A DNA stretch of 64,000 nucleotides from an uncultured Trueperaceae bacterium (lineage in GTDB: Bacteria > Deinococcota > Deinococci > Deinococcales > Trueperaceae). Where the stretch lies: assembly GCA_963815215.1 (NCBI GenBank), contig CAWFFU010000003.1:960001-1024000 (forward strand). The letters are read 5' to 3'. Of this stretch, positions 36,381 through 45,400 are shown piece by piece (the first letter of the stretch is position 1; the number at the start of each line of letters is the position of its first letter). Under the pieces are notes generated by a model that was given only the letters and a program-made list of their open reading frames with translations, was not told where the DNA came from and ran no database searches. The position numbers and the translations under genes are program-made.

Positions 36381-37673
36381 ATGCAGACCTTGACCGACGA
36401 GCGAACGCTCACACGCGCGCTGCCGACCCAGCTGGGCGAGACCGTGACCCTGCAGGGCTGGGTCCACAACCGCCGTGACCTGGGCGGCATCCAGTTCCTG
36501 CTGCTGCGCGACCGGAGCGGCCTGGTGCAGTGCGTGTTCGAGCACACCGAGCTGCCGTTGCACGAGAGCTGCGTGCGGGTGCGGGGCACCGTGGTCGCCA
36601 ACGAACGCGCGCCCGGTGGCGTCGAGGTGCAGGCCGACGGGCTGGAGGTCCTCAGCCGTGCGCTGGTCCCGCCGCCGGTGGAGATCTCCAAGGAGGAGTG
36701 GCACGCCAACCCCGAGACGCTGCTGGAGTACCGCCACATGACCGTCCGCGGGCTCAAGGCGCAGGCGGCGCTGAAGGTGCAGGCCGAGCTGGTGAGCGCC
36801 TTCCGCGCCTACCTCGATGCCCGTGACTTCACCGAGATCTTCACGCCCAAGCTGGTGGCCGCGGGCGCCGAGAGCGGCGCCAACCTCTTCGAGGTCGACT
36901 ACTACGGCAAGCGCGCGTACCTGGCGCAATCGCCGCAGCTCTACAAGCAGATCATGGTCGCGGTGTACGAGCGCGTCTACGAGGTGGCGCCGGTGTTCCG
37001 GGCCGAGCCCAGCCACACCACCCGGCACCTGGCGGAGTACCTCTCGCTCGACGTGGAGTTCGGCTTCATCCGCGACGAGGGGGACGTGATGGACCTGCAG
37101 GAGGGGCTGTTCAAGGCGATGATGGCGCGGGTGGCGGAGCGCTGCGCTCCCCAGCTCGAGCTGATGGAGGCTGCGGCGCCCCCGCTGGACCCGGCCATCC
37201 CACGCATCCCGTTGCTCGAGGCGCGCGAGCTCGTGGCCGAGCGCTACGGCCACCGGACCGGCGGCAAGGACCTCGACCCCGAGGCCGAGCGCCTGCTGGG
37301 CCGCTGGGCACGCGAGGAGCACGGCAGCGACTTCGTCTTCGTCACCAAGTTCCCGCAAGCGGCGCGCCCCTTCTACACCTACCCCGAGCCGGACGGCGAG
37401 CTGACGCGCGGCATCGACCTGCTGTTCCGCGGCGTGGAGATCACCTCCGGCGGGCAGCGCGTGCACGACTACGACATGCTGCTCGGAGAGTTGGAGAAGC
37501 GGCACATGGACCCGGAAGCCTTCAGCGGCTACCTCGACGTCTTCCGCCACGGCATGCCGCCCCACGGCGGCTTCGCGGCCGGAGCAGAGCGACTCACCGC
37601 CCTGCTGCTCGGCATCCCCAACGTCCGCTTCGCGCGCGCCTTCCCCCGCGACGGCAGCCGGCTCCAGCCCTGA
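36381..37673 (+). CDS. aspS: Archaeal-type non-discriminating aspartyl-tRNA(Asp/Asn) synthetase
   Basis: About 430 aa with no GAD insert; GWVH..RDLGG, RAPGGVE (His/Pro determinants of ND enzymes), AQSPQLYKQ, FRAE, HLAEYLSLD, PPHGG. Confidence 0.9.
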   Translation: MQTLTDERTLTRALPTQLGETVTLQGWVHNRRDLGGIQFLLLRDRSGLVQCVFEHTELPLHESCVRVRGTVVANERAPGGVEVQADGLEVLSRALVPPPVEISKEEWHANPETLLEYRHMTVRGLKAQAALKVQAELVSAFRAYLDARDFTEIFTPKLVAAGAESGANLFEVDYYGKRAYLAQSPQLYKQIMVAVYERVYEVAPVFRAEPSHTTRHLAEYLSLDVEFGFIRDEGDVMDLQEGLFKAMMARVAERCAPQLELMEAAAPPLDPAIPRIPLLEARELVAERYGHRTGGKDLDPEAERLLGRWAREEHGSDFVFVTKFPQAARPFYTYPEPDGELTRGIDLLFRGVEITSGGQRVHDYDMLLGELEKRHMDPEAFSGYLDVFRHGMPPHGGFAAGAERLTALLLGIPNVRFARAFPRDGSRLQP

Positions 37674-37936
37674 GCCGCGAGCGGCCTCGGGGCGCCGCGC
37701 GAGCGACCGCAGGTCCGAGCGCTTGCGTGCGCCGCCCGCTCGCCGGACGATTGCGCCCCGGGAACGCGGCCTGCGGAGCACGATGGGACGGCGTTCGCCC
37801 CCTGAAGACCGCGCACGTGCACGTTCCGAAAGCGGGTTCGCCCCAGACTAGGGGCATGGCAGGGACGAGCCCCAGGGCCGACTGCGCATCGGCGCACCGT
37901 GCACGCGACGGCGCCGCTTCGGCGGGCGGCGCCCCC

Positions 37937-38230
37937 ATGGTCGGGCCGGCCGCAACCTTGAGAGAGGCGCGAGTCGTTCCGCGGGGCCTTCGGAGCTGCC
38001 TCGAGCACGAGCTGGAGAACCTGCGGCGACTGCTGCGCTATCGCGGCCTGGAGCGCAGGTTCGGCGATCAGCTCGGGCCCGTCGACGAAGCCGTGCGGGA
38101 GGCGCTGGATGCAGGCTCCCGAACCCTCTCGCTATCCGCTCTGCGAACGATCACCGCGTTGACGACCGAAGTGAACCGCGAGCCTTCGAAGCGTGTGGCT
38201 TCCGGCGACGGCAACGCGGACCGAGCCTGA
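37937..38230 (+). CDS. Hypothetical helical protein (start uncertain)
   Basis: C-terminal part of ORF 37727..38230 is amphipathic (LEHELENLRRLLRY...); no family recognised. Confidence 0.35.
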   Translation: MVGPAATLREARVVPRGLRSCLEHELENLRRLLRYRGLERRFGDQLGPVDEAVREALDAGSRTLSLSALRTITALTTEVNREPSKRVASGDGNADRA

Positions 38231-38469
38231 GCCGCTCTCCGGCAACGGGCGACCGTCGGTTCGAAGCGTCCTCGCGGGCCGCTCTGCTGAGGCCTCGCCA
38301 GGGTCTGCGCCACCACCACCGGCCGGGTCACGGTCCGGGCGCGGCTTCGCCTTCGTAAGCATGTCCATGACGACGGCCTCAGCGCGCCTCCTGGTGCGCC
38401 TCCTGGGATGCCAAGCTCACGCCACTCCGTCGATCGGCCATCGAGCTGCCAGTACGTGCGGTGGCAGGA

Positions 38470-38501
38470 TTGACGGCCGATTGACGGCCCTCCGCTACGC
38501 T
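38470..38501 (+). promoter_or_regulatory. SARP-type direct-repeat operator and -10 element for the CsgG-like gene
   Basis: TTGACGG-ccga-TTGACGG-ccctccgc-TACGCT. Confidence 0.75.
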
Positions 38502-38527
38502 CGCCGAAACCTGGAAGGAGGGTAACG

Positions 38528-39214
38528 ATGCGTCGAGGTGTCGTCTCGCTACTCTTGTCGATCGGTGTTCTCGGGCTGGGGGCGTGCGCCCCCGGAGCTA
38601 CCCGTGTTGCCGCGAGCCCTGCCGACAACGGATCCGCCGCCGCTCCCGCTGACACCATGGCGGCGGCTGACCAACCCTGCGCGTCACCGGACACGCCGGT
38701 GGTGGCGGTGATCCAGTTCGACAACACCACGGCGCAGTACGGCACCACCGTCACCGGCGTCGAGGACGCGGCCACCGCCCGCCTCATCACGCTGATGAAG
38801 GAGTCGGGCTGCTACACAGTCGTGGAGCGCAGCGTGCTGCAGGACCTCATCGCCCAGCAGGGCCTGGAGTCGACGGACCCGGTCGAACTCGCCAAGGCCG
38901 CGGGAGCCGGCTACGTGGTCACCGGCGTCGTCACGCGCGCCACCATCGCCAAGCCGCAGGTGGGGCTGTTCGGCGTGTCCGTCGGCGCCGCCACCGCCCG
39001 GGTCGAGGTAGACGTGCGCGCCACCGACATCATCACCGGCGAGGTCGTGGTGTCGATGACCGGCGGCGGGGACGCCTCGAACCCCAAGCTGGCCCTCAAC
39101 AGAACCCCTGTCGGCCGCATCTCGTACGACGATCCGACGCTCGGGCCGCTCCTAGCCGAGGCGTCGACGCAGGCGGTGGATCAGGTTGTGGCGGCGATCC
39201 GGGCGGAGTTCTGA
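38528..39214 (+). CDS. CsgG/HfaB-family lipoprotein
   Basis: Lipobox LGLGAC; VAVIQFDN, SGCYTVVERS..QDL..QQ, YVVTGVVT, VDVRATDIITGEV. Confidence 0.82.
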   Translation: MRRGVVSLLLSIGVLGLGACAPGATRVAASPADNGSAAAPADTMAAADQPCASPDTPVVAVIQFDNTTAQYGTTVTGVEDAATARLITLMKESGCYTVVERSVLQDLIAQQGLESTDPVELAKAAGAGYVVTGVVTRATIAKPQVGLFGVSVGAATARVEVDVRATDIITGEVVVSMTGGGDASNPKLALNRTPVGRISYDDPTLGPLLAEASTQAVDQVVAAIRAEF

Positions 39215-39289
39215 CGCCCACCCTACCTGTCCTCGGTTCGGTCACCCGCTGCGTCCAGCCCGGAGGACGACCACGGGGAACACCTGGGT

Positions 39290-39780
39290 CGTGGCCGAGT
39301 CCGAACCAATTCGGTCTCGCCGTGCGCCCTCGATGGCCCACAGGCGCCTTCTAGGAGCGTGCTCGCAAACGCTGCGGGGCATGCAGCGGTACACGAAGGC
39401 GGAAGTGCCCGCGCTCCCCGTCGGCGGAATCCACCACCGAGAGGGTGTGCGAAGCCCTGTGCGTGTCGACCCCGATGACGAAACCCATCCTGTCCACGAG
39501 CCCACCAGCACGCATGCCGCAATTCCCGTAGGCATAGTGGTGCGTCCGGTGTGGGCGCCGCAGGCAGGACTGTAGCGGGTCACGCCGATTCGAGTGCGGA
39601 CAGGCTTCCGATCAAGCCAGTCCCGGTGTTCGCGCCGGCGCCCCGGAAGACGAAATCTATCCTGAGCAAGAGCAGTCGCTCCCGACCGCCAATGCGTATA
39701 CAAGTTGCAGCCGGCGGTTTCCTGGAACCACCCTGACAGACAGTCCGCTCCCAAGAGCGGGATTGAGCGACCATTACAGC
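39290..39780 (-). mobile_element. Decayed IS110-family element: frameshifted transposase 5' fragment plus upstream non-coding end
   Basis: MGFVIGVDTHRASHTLSVVD from 39488 (first catalytic Asp of the DEDD domain), stop at 39351, HAPRRRLWAIEG in a different frame. Confidence 0.72.
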
Positions 39781-39789
39781 GTCCTTTCC

Positions 39790-42210
39790 TCAACCTCCTA
39801 CGACGGCCGCGATGCAGGCGTCCATGTACGCATCGTATGTCTCACCTGATAGGGCAGGCAGATTCCTCAGTTTCTTCAAGACAGCGATGACAATCCCGAG
39901 TCCGAACTTCACCCCGACCCCCGGCACCGTTGCGATGAGCGCGGCGAGCCCAAGGTACACCGCGATCTCGAACAGCACGAGGACCACGAGCACGCCCGCG
40001 CACAGCAGTCGCACGCCGAACGCCTCCTCGACCTTGATGAGATCACCTTCGGGGATCGTCTGGAGATCCAACTCTTCGGTGTCATCCTGCGCGAGGAGCG
40101 GTCGTGGCGGCACCCGCGGTTCGGAAAGCACGCTGCGTTGTTGGACTGCACCTCCCATGCCATTCCACAGCATGCCAACGGTCTCACCGGTTTGCGGATC
40201 GATTCGCCACCATGCCGGTGTTGCCGGTCGTGAAACAGGTGGAAGTACGATCACGTAACCAGCGGCCAGCTCGTGCTCGATCAACTCCTGAACGTGTGAC
40301 GGCAGTTGCGACACTGCGCTCGAATCTACGACGTCAGGGCGCAGTACCACGGGCAGCCCATTGGGACTCTCGACGAAGAGGCTTGCTGCCGTCACAGCCG
40401 GCGAGCCAGACAGGGCCGAAAGGTAGACGCCCTCCTGGAGTCCTTCGCGCACACCTGCACGGAGAGCCAGATCGGCACGGGCCTCAACGACCGAGCCACT
40501 CGCGTCGAGGACCCGCCAAGGGCTCTGAGCGAGGTCGATCGACCGATTCGTCGCGGGACCAGCCATCCCCTGCTGAAAGAGCACCACGGCCGGAGCGTTT
40601 CGGAACCGGACCACACCGTCATCAATGGGACCACGGTCGAAGCTCGCCATCAAGTACGAGAGCTGGGCGGTTCGCGCGTTGATACGGCCGAGTTCGCCTC
40701 GCACGTAGCCCTGCGGGATAGGTCCGATCGTTGGCGCACCGTTCCCTTCAACCATGATGCGCTTGAGCAAAGGTTCGGCGTCGACGAGATCACTCAACAA
40801 GTGATCGAGCACGTATGCGTCGGGGAAGCGAGCTCCGTCAGCCGCTATGGCCACGCGCGTCCACAAGCGATCTCCGAAACCGTCATCGGGCTCATTCAGT
40901 CCGCGCGATGCGATGTCGTGGCGATGGCTCGTCGCTTCGCCGTCCGGACCTACGACCGAGACTTTGAGCCAGACGGATGTCACGCGTCTCGCTCGCGCGT
41001 CCTGGTCAGCAACGTTGCCGCCACCGATTCCGCCGAGGGCACCGGCCGCTCGGTTCGTGGCTTTGGCCTCAGCCTGGAACACCCCGGCAAACGGGCTCGC
41101 TGCGGCCTCAAGCGGAGCCACGTTGCCATCGAGGTCGAATGCTTGCGCACCGGCTGGGATCGCACCAGACACCAGAGGGAAGAACATGTTGGGCGTGCCG
41201 GGGCCCGCTTGTGGGTCGCGGCCCAAAATGGAATCTGGGACCAGGGTGACTGAAACGGTGGAGCCATTCAGGTTCGCTACCGGGCGTTCCCACGGAGCTA
41301 TGAGGGCATGGGACTCCGTCTTGTCACCAGAGGTGACGTCCACGAAAGCCTCAACGCGCAGCCGGAACAACAGCCCTTGAGGGATCGTGTCCGTGAACGT
41401 TTCGTCCGGCCCGACCTGTGGCGGCTCGCCCGCAGGAAAACCAAGATGCACGTCCGTCCACGGAGCCGTCGGCGCGAGGCGATAGCGGACCCAGCAGTAA
41501 TCGCGGGCTTCCGCCACCAATTCGTCCGTTGACTGACTTCGCCCGAGTTGGACACCGGCGGTCGAGAGACCATCTGTGATTCGCGCTGTGATGTCTGCGA
41601 CGTACGTGTCGACTGCATCGGGCGATACCGGTCCCCACGCACCAGAAAGGTCCACAACTCTATCCACGGCGGTTTCGTCTGAACCGTTCGAGGTGCCCGC
41701 GATTGCATCGAGTTTGGACGAGTCTACCGAATCCGGGCGGGGCTCGACCTTCCTCCACATCGCGTTGACCAGACGTACGGCATCGTCCGGCCCGAGATTC
41801 CCCCGCGCGATAACGACGTCAAGGCCCGCGTCACGCAAGAGGTGCGCAAGCAGGAGGGATTGATCGAGGGAGTTGCCGGCCCGGCTCCTTAAGGTACCCG
41901 CCGCGCCGCGAAGCGCACCAGAGTAGTCTTCGTACGCAATGTTGGACCGAACCCAATTCACGATCTCATCCGGCCCCGAGAACGCGAAATCGGATGAAAG
42001 GAGATCAACGTCGAACTGCCTTCGGTCGACGGCGTCTCGGACAGCTCGTATCCGGGTCATCGCCGTGTCGAAGTCGACCGGTGCCGATCCCTGGGGGTTG
42101 CCAGCCGCTTGGGCGATCGCGAACTGCGAAGCTCCTGGGGACAGCAGAATCAAGCCAAAGATCAGCCGCAGAACCAAGACGGAGCGGGTCGGCAATGGCG
42201 GGAAACGCAT
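39790..42210 (-). CDS. 806-aa secreted transglutaminase-like protein with hydrophobic C-terminal tail
   Basis: Signal peptide; YEDYSGALRGAAGTL...GNSLDQSLLLAHLLRDAG; CWVRY; WWRIDPQTGE; two C-terminal hydrophobic helices. Confidence 0.75.
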   Translation of the reverse strand: MRFPPLPTRSVLVLRLIFGLILLSPGASQFAIAQAAGNPQGSAPVDFDTAMTRIRAVRDAVDRRQFDVDLLSSDFAFSGPDEIVNWVRSNIAYEDYSGALRGAAGTLRSRAGNSLDQSLLLAHLLRDAGLDVVIARGNLGPDDAVRLVNAMWRKVEPRPDSVDSSKLDAIAGTSNGSDETAVDRVVDLSGAWGPVSPDAVDTYVADITARITDGLSTAGVQLGRSQSTDELVAEARDYCWVRYRLAPTAPWTDVHLGFPAGEPPQVGPDETFTDTIPQGLLFRLRVEAFVDVTSGDKTESHALIAPWERPVANLNGSTVSVTLVPDSILGRDPQAGPGTPNMFFPLVSGAIPAGAQAFDLDGNVAPLEAAASPFAGVFQAEAKATNRAAGALGGIGGGNVADQDARARRVTSVWLKVSVVGPDGEATSHRHDIASRGLNEPDDGFGDRLWTRVAIAADGARFPDAYVLDHLLSDLVDAEPLLKRIMVEGNGAPTIGPIPQGYVRGELGRINARTAQLSYLMASFDRGPIDDGVVRFRNAPAVVLFQQGMAGPATNRSIDLAQSPWRVLDASGSVVEARADLALRAGVREGLQEGVYLSALSGSPAVTAASLFVESPNGLPVVLRPDVVDSSAVSQLPSHVQELIEHELAAGYVIVLPPVSRPATPAWWRIDPQTGETVGMLWNGMGGAVQQRSVLSEPRVPPRPLLAQDDTEELDLQTIPEGDLIKVEEAFGVRLLCAGVLVVLVLFEIAVYLGLAALIATVPGVGVKFGLGIVIAVLKKLRNLPALSGETYDAYMDACIAAVVGG

Positions 42211-42415
42211 TTGTCACCACCCCTTTCGTGTTGTGGCGGACACGATGCCCGCTCGAGCCAACGAAGCGCCAAGACCCCGGGAGCCGTGTGGGCGCCAGCG
42301 CGGGAACCTGGTCCACCGAACTGACGCGCCTACCAACCGGGCGATCGCGCACCGCTCAACGTCGCACGGAGGTGCTGAGCCCGTTGCACGTACCCATGCG
42401 TGCATCAGGGGGCCA

Positions 42416-45400
42416 TCAGCGTCCATTGGCCGTCACCTCGACCTCCTCTTCGGCCGACACTGCAACTGACCGAGATTCGGACTCGCCTCGAATTTGCAGC
42501 TGGTAGTGCCCGGCTGGCACCTGGACAGGGGGCCCGCCGACGTACCCTTCGTCGACCAGCGAGCCCTGGGTCGATATGATCTCGAAGATGATCCGCGAGC
42601 CCGATTTGATCTCCGCTCGCAGCTCGCTTGCGGAAGCCAGATTAGAGTAGCTAGCACCGGCCGCCTGCGCCAAGGATCGGAACCTGTCCTGGACGGCACC
42701 GTCTTCGATGCCGAGGGACACCATAGAAACACTGATACCAGCGCTAGCGAGGGTCTGCAGGGCAACGAGGGGATCACCCCCACACGACTCCTCACCGTCG
42801 GTCACCAGGAAGAGACGTGATCCACTTGGCGCTCTCCGCAGATCGTCGCCAACCGCCGCGATCGAGTCCGCCAACGGCGTCTGCGACAGCAGCTTCGGTT
42901 GGATGGCATCGATCGCCTTCGTGGCGGATGCCGGGTCGAGCGGCGCCAGCGGCACCTCGAGCCGGGTGTCGCACGACGAGGGCTTGATGTGGCCGAACAC
43001 GCGCAACGCGAAGGGTGTGCCCTCGGGCAGCACGTTGGTCACGAAGTCCTTCAGCACCTCGCGGGCGGCGTCGATGCGCGATGTACCATCGGGCAGCTTC
43101 TTGCCCATCGAGCCCGAGGCGTCGAAGATCACCTCGACCGCCGGCTGCGCGGCGCCCTCCGCCCGCACCACCCGGATCGAGCCGGGCCCGGGCGGGGCCT
43201 CGGCGCTCGTCGTGACCTCGACGCGGTAGCGCTTGGGGCGCCGCAGCAGGCAGCTCGCGCGCGCGAAGCCGACGTCGAAGTCCCCGACGTTGCGGGCGTA
43301 GTCGTAGAACCCGTGGTTCGCGTCGGCCCAGGCCTGCATGAGGTCCTGGGAGTAGTCCGAGCCGCCGGTGCTGATCTCGAACGTGAACACGCGTGCGCGC
43401 GAGGCCTCGAGGCTGCGCCACAGCTTCGGCGTCAGACCGTAGCCGGGCGACTCGGCGTCGGTGATCAGCAGTACGGCGCGCGTACCGTCGCGCTGGGCCA
43501 GCGCGTCGCTCGCGGTCAGCAGCGCGTTCTCCGAGTTGCTCGATTCGGCGCTGTCGCGGTCGAAGGTGTTGATGGCCTGCTGCGCCCGCACCGGATCGGC
43601 GCTCCAGTACGGCAGCAACCAGATCGGGCCGGGCTCGTTGTAGGCCAGCAGCTGCACGAACTCGCGGTCGGGATCGGTCCCGCGCGTGAAGCGCGCCAGC
43701 GACGCATAGGTGATGGGGATGTACGGTCCCACACTGCCGCTCGTGTCCCACGCGAAGATGACGGAGCGCTTGGGCTCCGCGAGGTGCAACGTGTACTCCC
43801 CGGGGTCGACATACGCGTCCAGCACGACGGCGTCGCCATCGTGGCGCTCGTCATACGCAACGGCATCGCCGGCCGCGCTCGTCAGCGCATAGTTGTACGC
43901 CAGCGTCGGGTCGCCCTCGAGCCGCAGGCTTAGGTGGTTCTGGCCGTCCGGAACGGTGATCGTGAACCAGTCCTCGTCCTCGGCCACGGCCACGGTGCCC
44001 TCCACCACGTCACCCGACGCCAGGGGGCGCGGGGCGTCGCGGCTGTCGCTGTCCGCGGCGTCCGGCCCGGTCTGGCCGGTCGCTGCGCCGTCGGCGCCCC
44101 CCTGCTGCCACTCGTACACGGCCTCCTTCCTGTACTGGCCCCACTCCCCCACCGCCGAACGGTACCCGTCGCCCGAGGGGCGTTCGAGGATGCGGAGGGT
44201 GTCGGGCGGGAACATCGACCTCACGCCCTGCTCCGGACCCGTGGCCGTGAAGCGCACGAAGCGCGCCCAGCTCGGCTCGGGCAACGCCAACGCCGCCGTG
44301 CCCGCTGCGTCGCGCTCCAGGTGCCAATCCGCCAGGTGTTCCCACGGACCGACCGGCGAAGACAGGCTCACGTCGACGGCGACGTCGGAGAAGGCTCCCT
44401 CGGACGTGCTGTCGCTCGACTCGACCCACTCGAGCCGCGTGAACTGAGCGGCCCGGTCGTCCCGGAAGCCGACCACCCAGGTGGCCCGCGGATTGCCATG
44501 CCCGTCCACGCGCGGCCGGTCGGCCTGCTCGTCGAGAATCATCGAGTGTCGTTGCGACTCGGGGATGAGCGGGTCCGACCAGAGGACGTGACCGCCCAGT
44601 GCGGGGTCCGCGAGGTTCAGCTCGCCCAACGGGTCGTCGGCCGCGGCCACGAGCTTCCACTCGCCGATCCACGCCCCGCTGTTCCCGGCCTGATCGGGGC
44701 CGAAGACCAGGCGCGCGTAGCGCGCTTCGACCGCTTTCGGGAACGCGAACGCCTGCTCGACACGGGCGGCCCGCAGGGACGATTCGAGCACCGTCTCGAA
44801 GGTCTCGCCGTCGAGCGACACCTGGATCGAGAAGTCGCGCAACTGCCGGCGCACGTCCGGGCCGCCCTGCGGTTGCAGAAGAGCGCCGGCCAGCGTGATC
44901 GGTTCGTCACCGGCGAGGTCGACGGTGATCGCCTCGCCGACCTCGTGGTGGGCGCCGGTCGCGGGCGACGTGAGGGCGTCGACGGTCTGGGCGTCGCGGC
45001 CGGCGTCGTCCACGATGGTGGCGCCGAGTCCGGACCAGGCCACGTCAAGGCGTCCGAGCATGGCGTCGGGCACGGCCCAGGAGGCCTTCGGGGCGACGGG
45101 CGCAGCTTCGCAGCGGGGCACGAGCGTGAGGCTCGTGGTCGCGATCCCCGCATCGCTGCGCGCGCCCACGGTCACGCGCACGGGCTGGTCGTCGCGGGCG
45201 TCCGGGGCGACGGTGACTGACAGCGGCACGCTCGCGCGTTGCCCCGGACCCACCGTCACCGTGGCGGGGACGTGGGGTGTGACGGCGACGCTGCTCGTGG
45301 CCACCTCCAAGGCGTACGTCTGCTTGCGATCGGAGGTGTTCTCGATCGTCAACTCGTCATCGAGCGCCTGTCCCTCGTACCAGTAGGCAGCCACGTCCCG

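Noticed and set aside
38132..38368. 78-aa - strand ORF after aggagg repeats
   Set aside because: Low-complexity product, RBS too far from the ATG, and overlaps a more plausible + strand ORF
38528..39214. Curli biogenesis operon
   Set aside because: Only a CsgG-family gene; no curlin-repeat proteins or CsgE/F recognised
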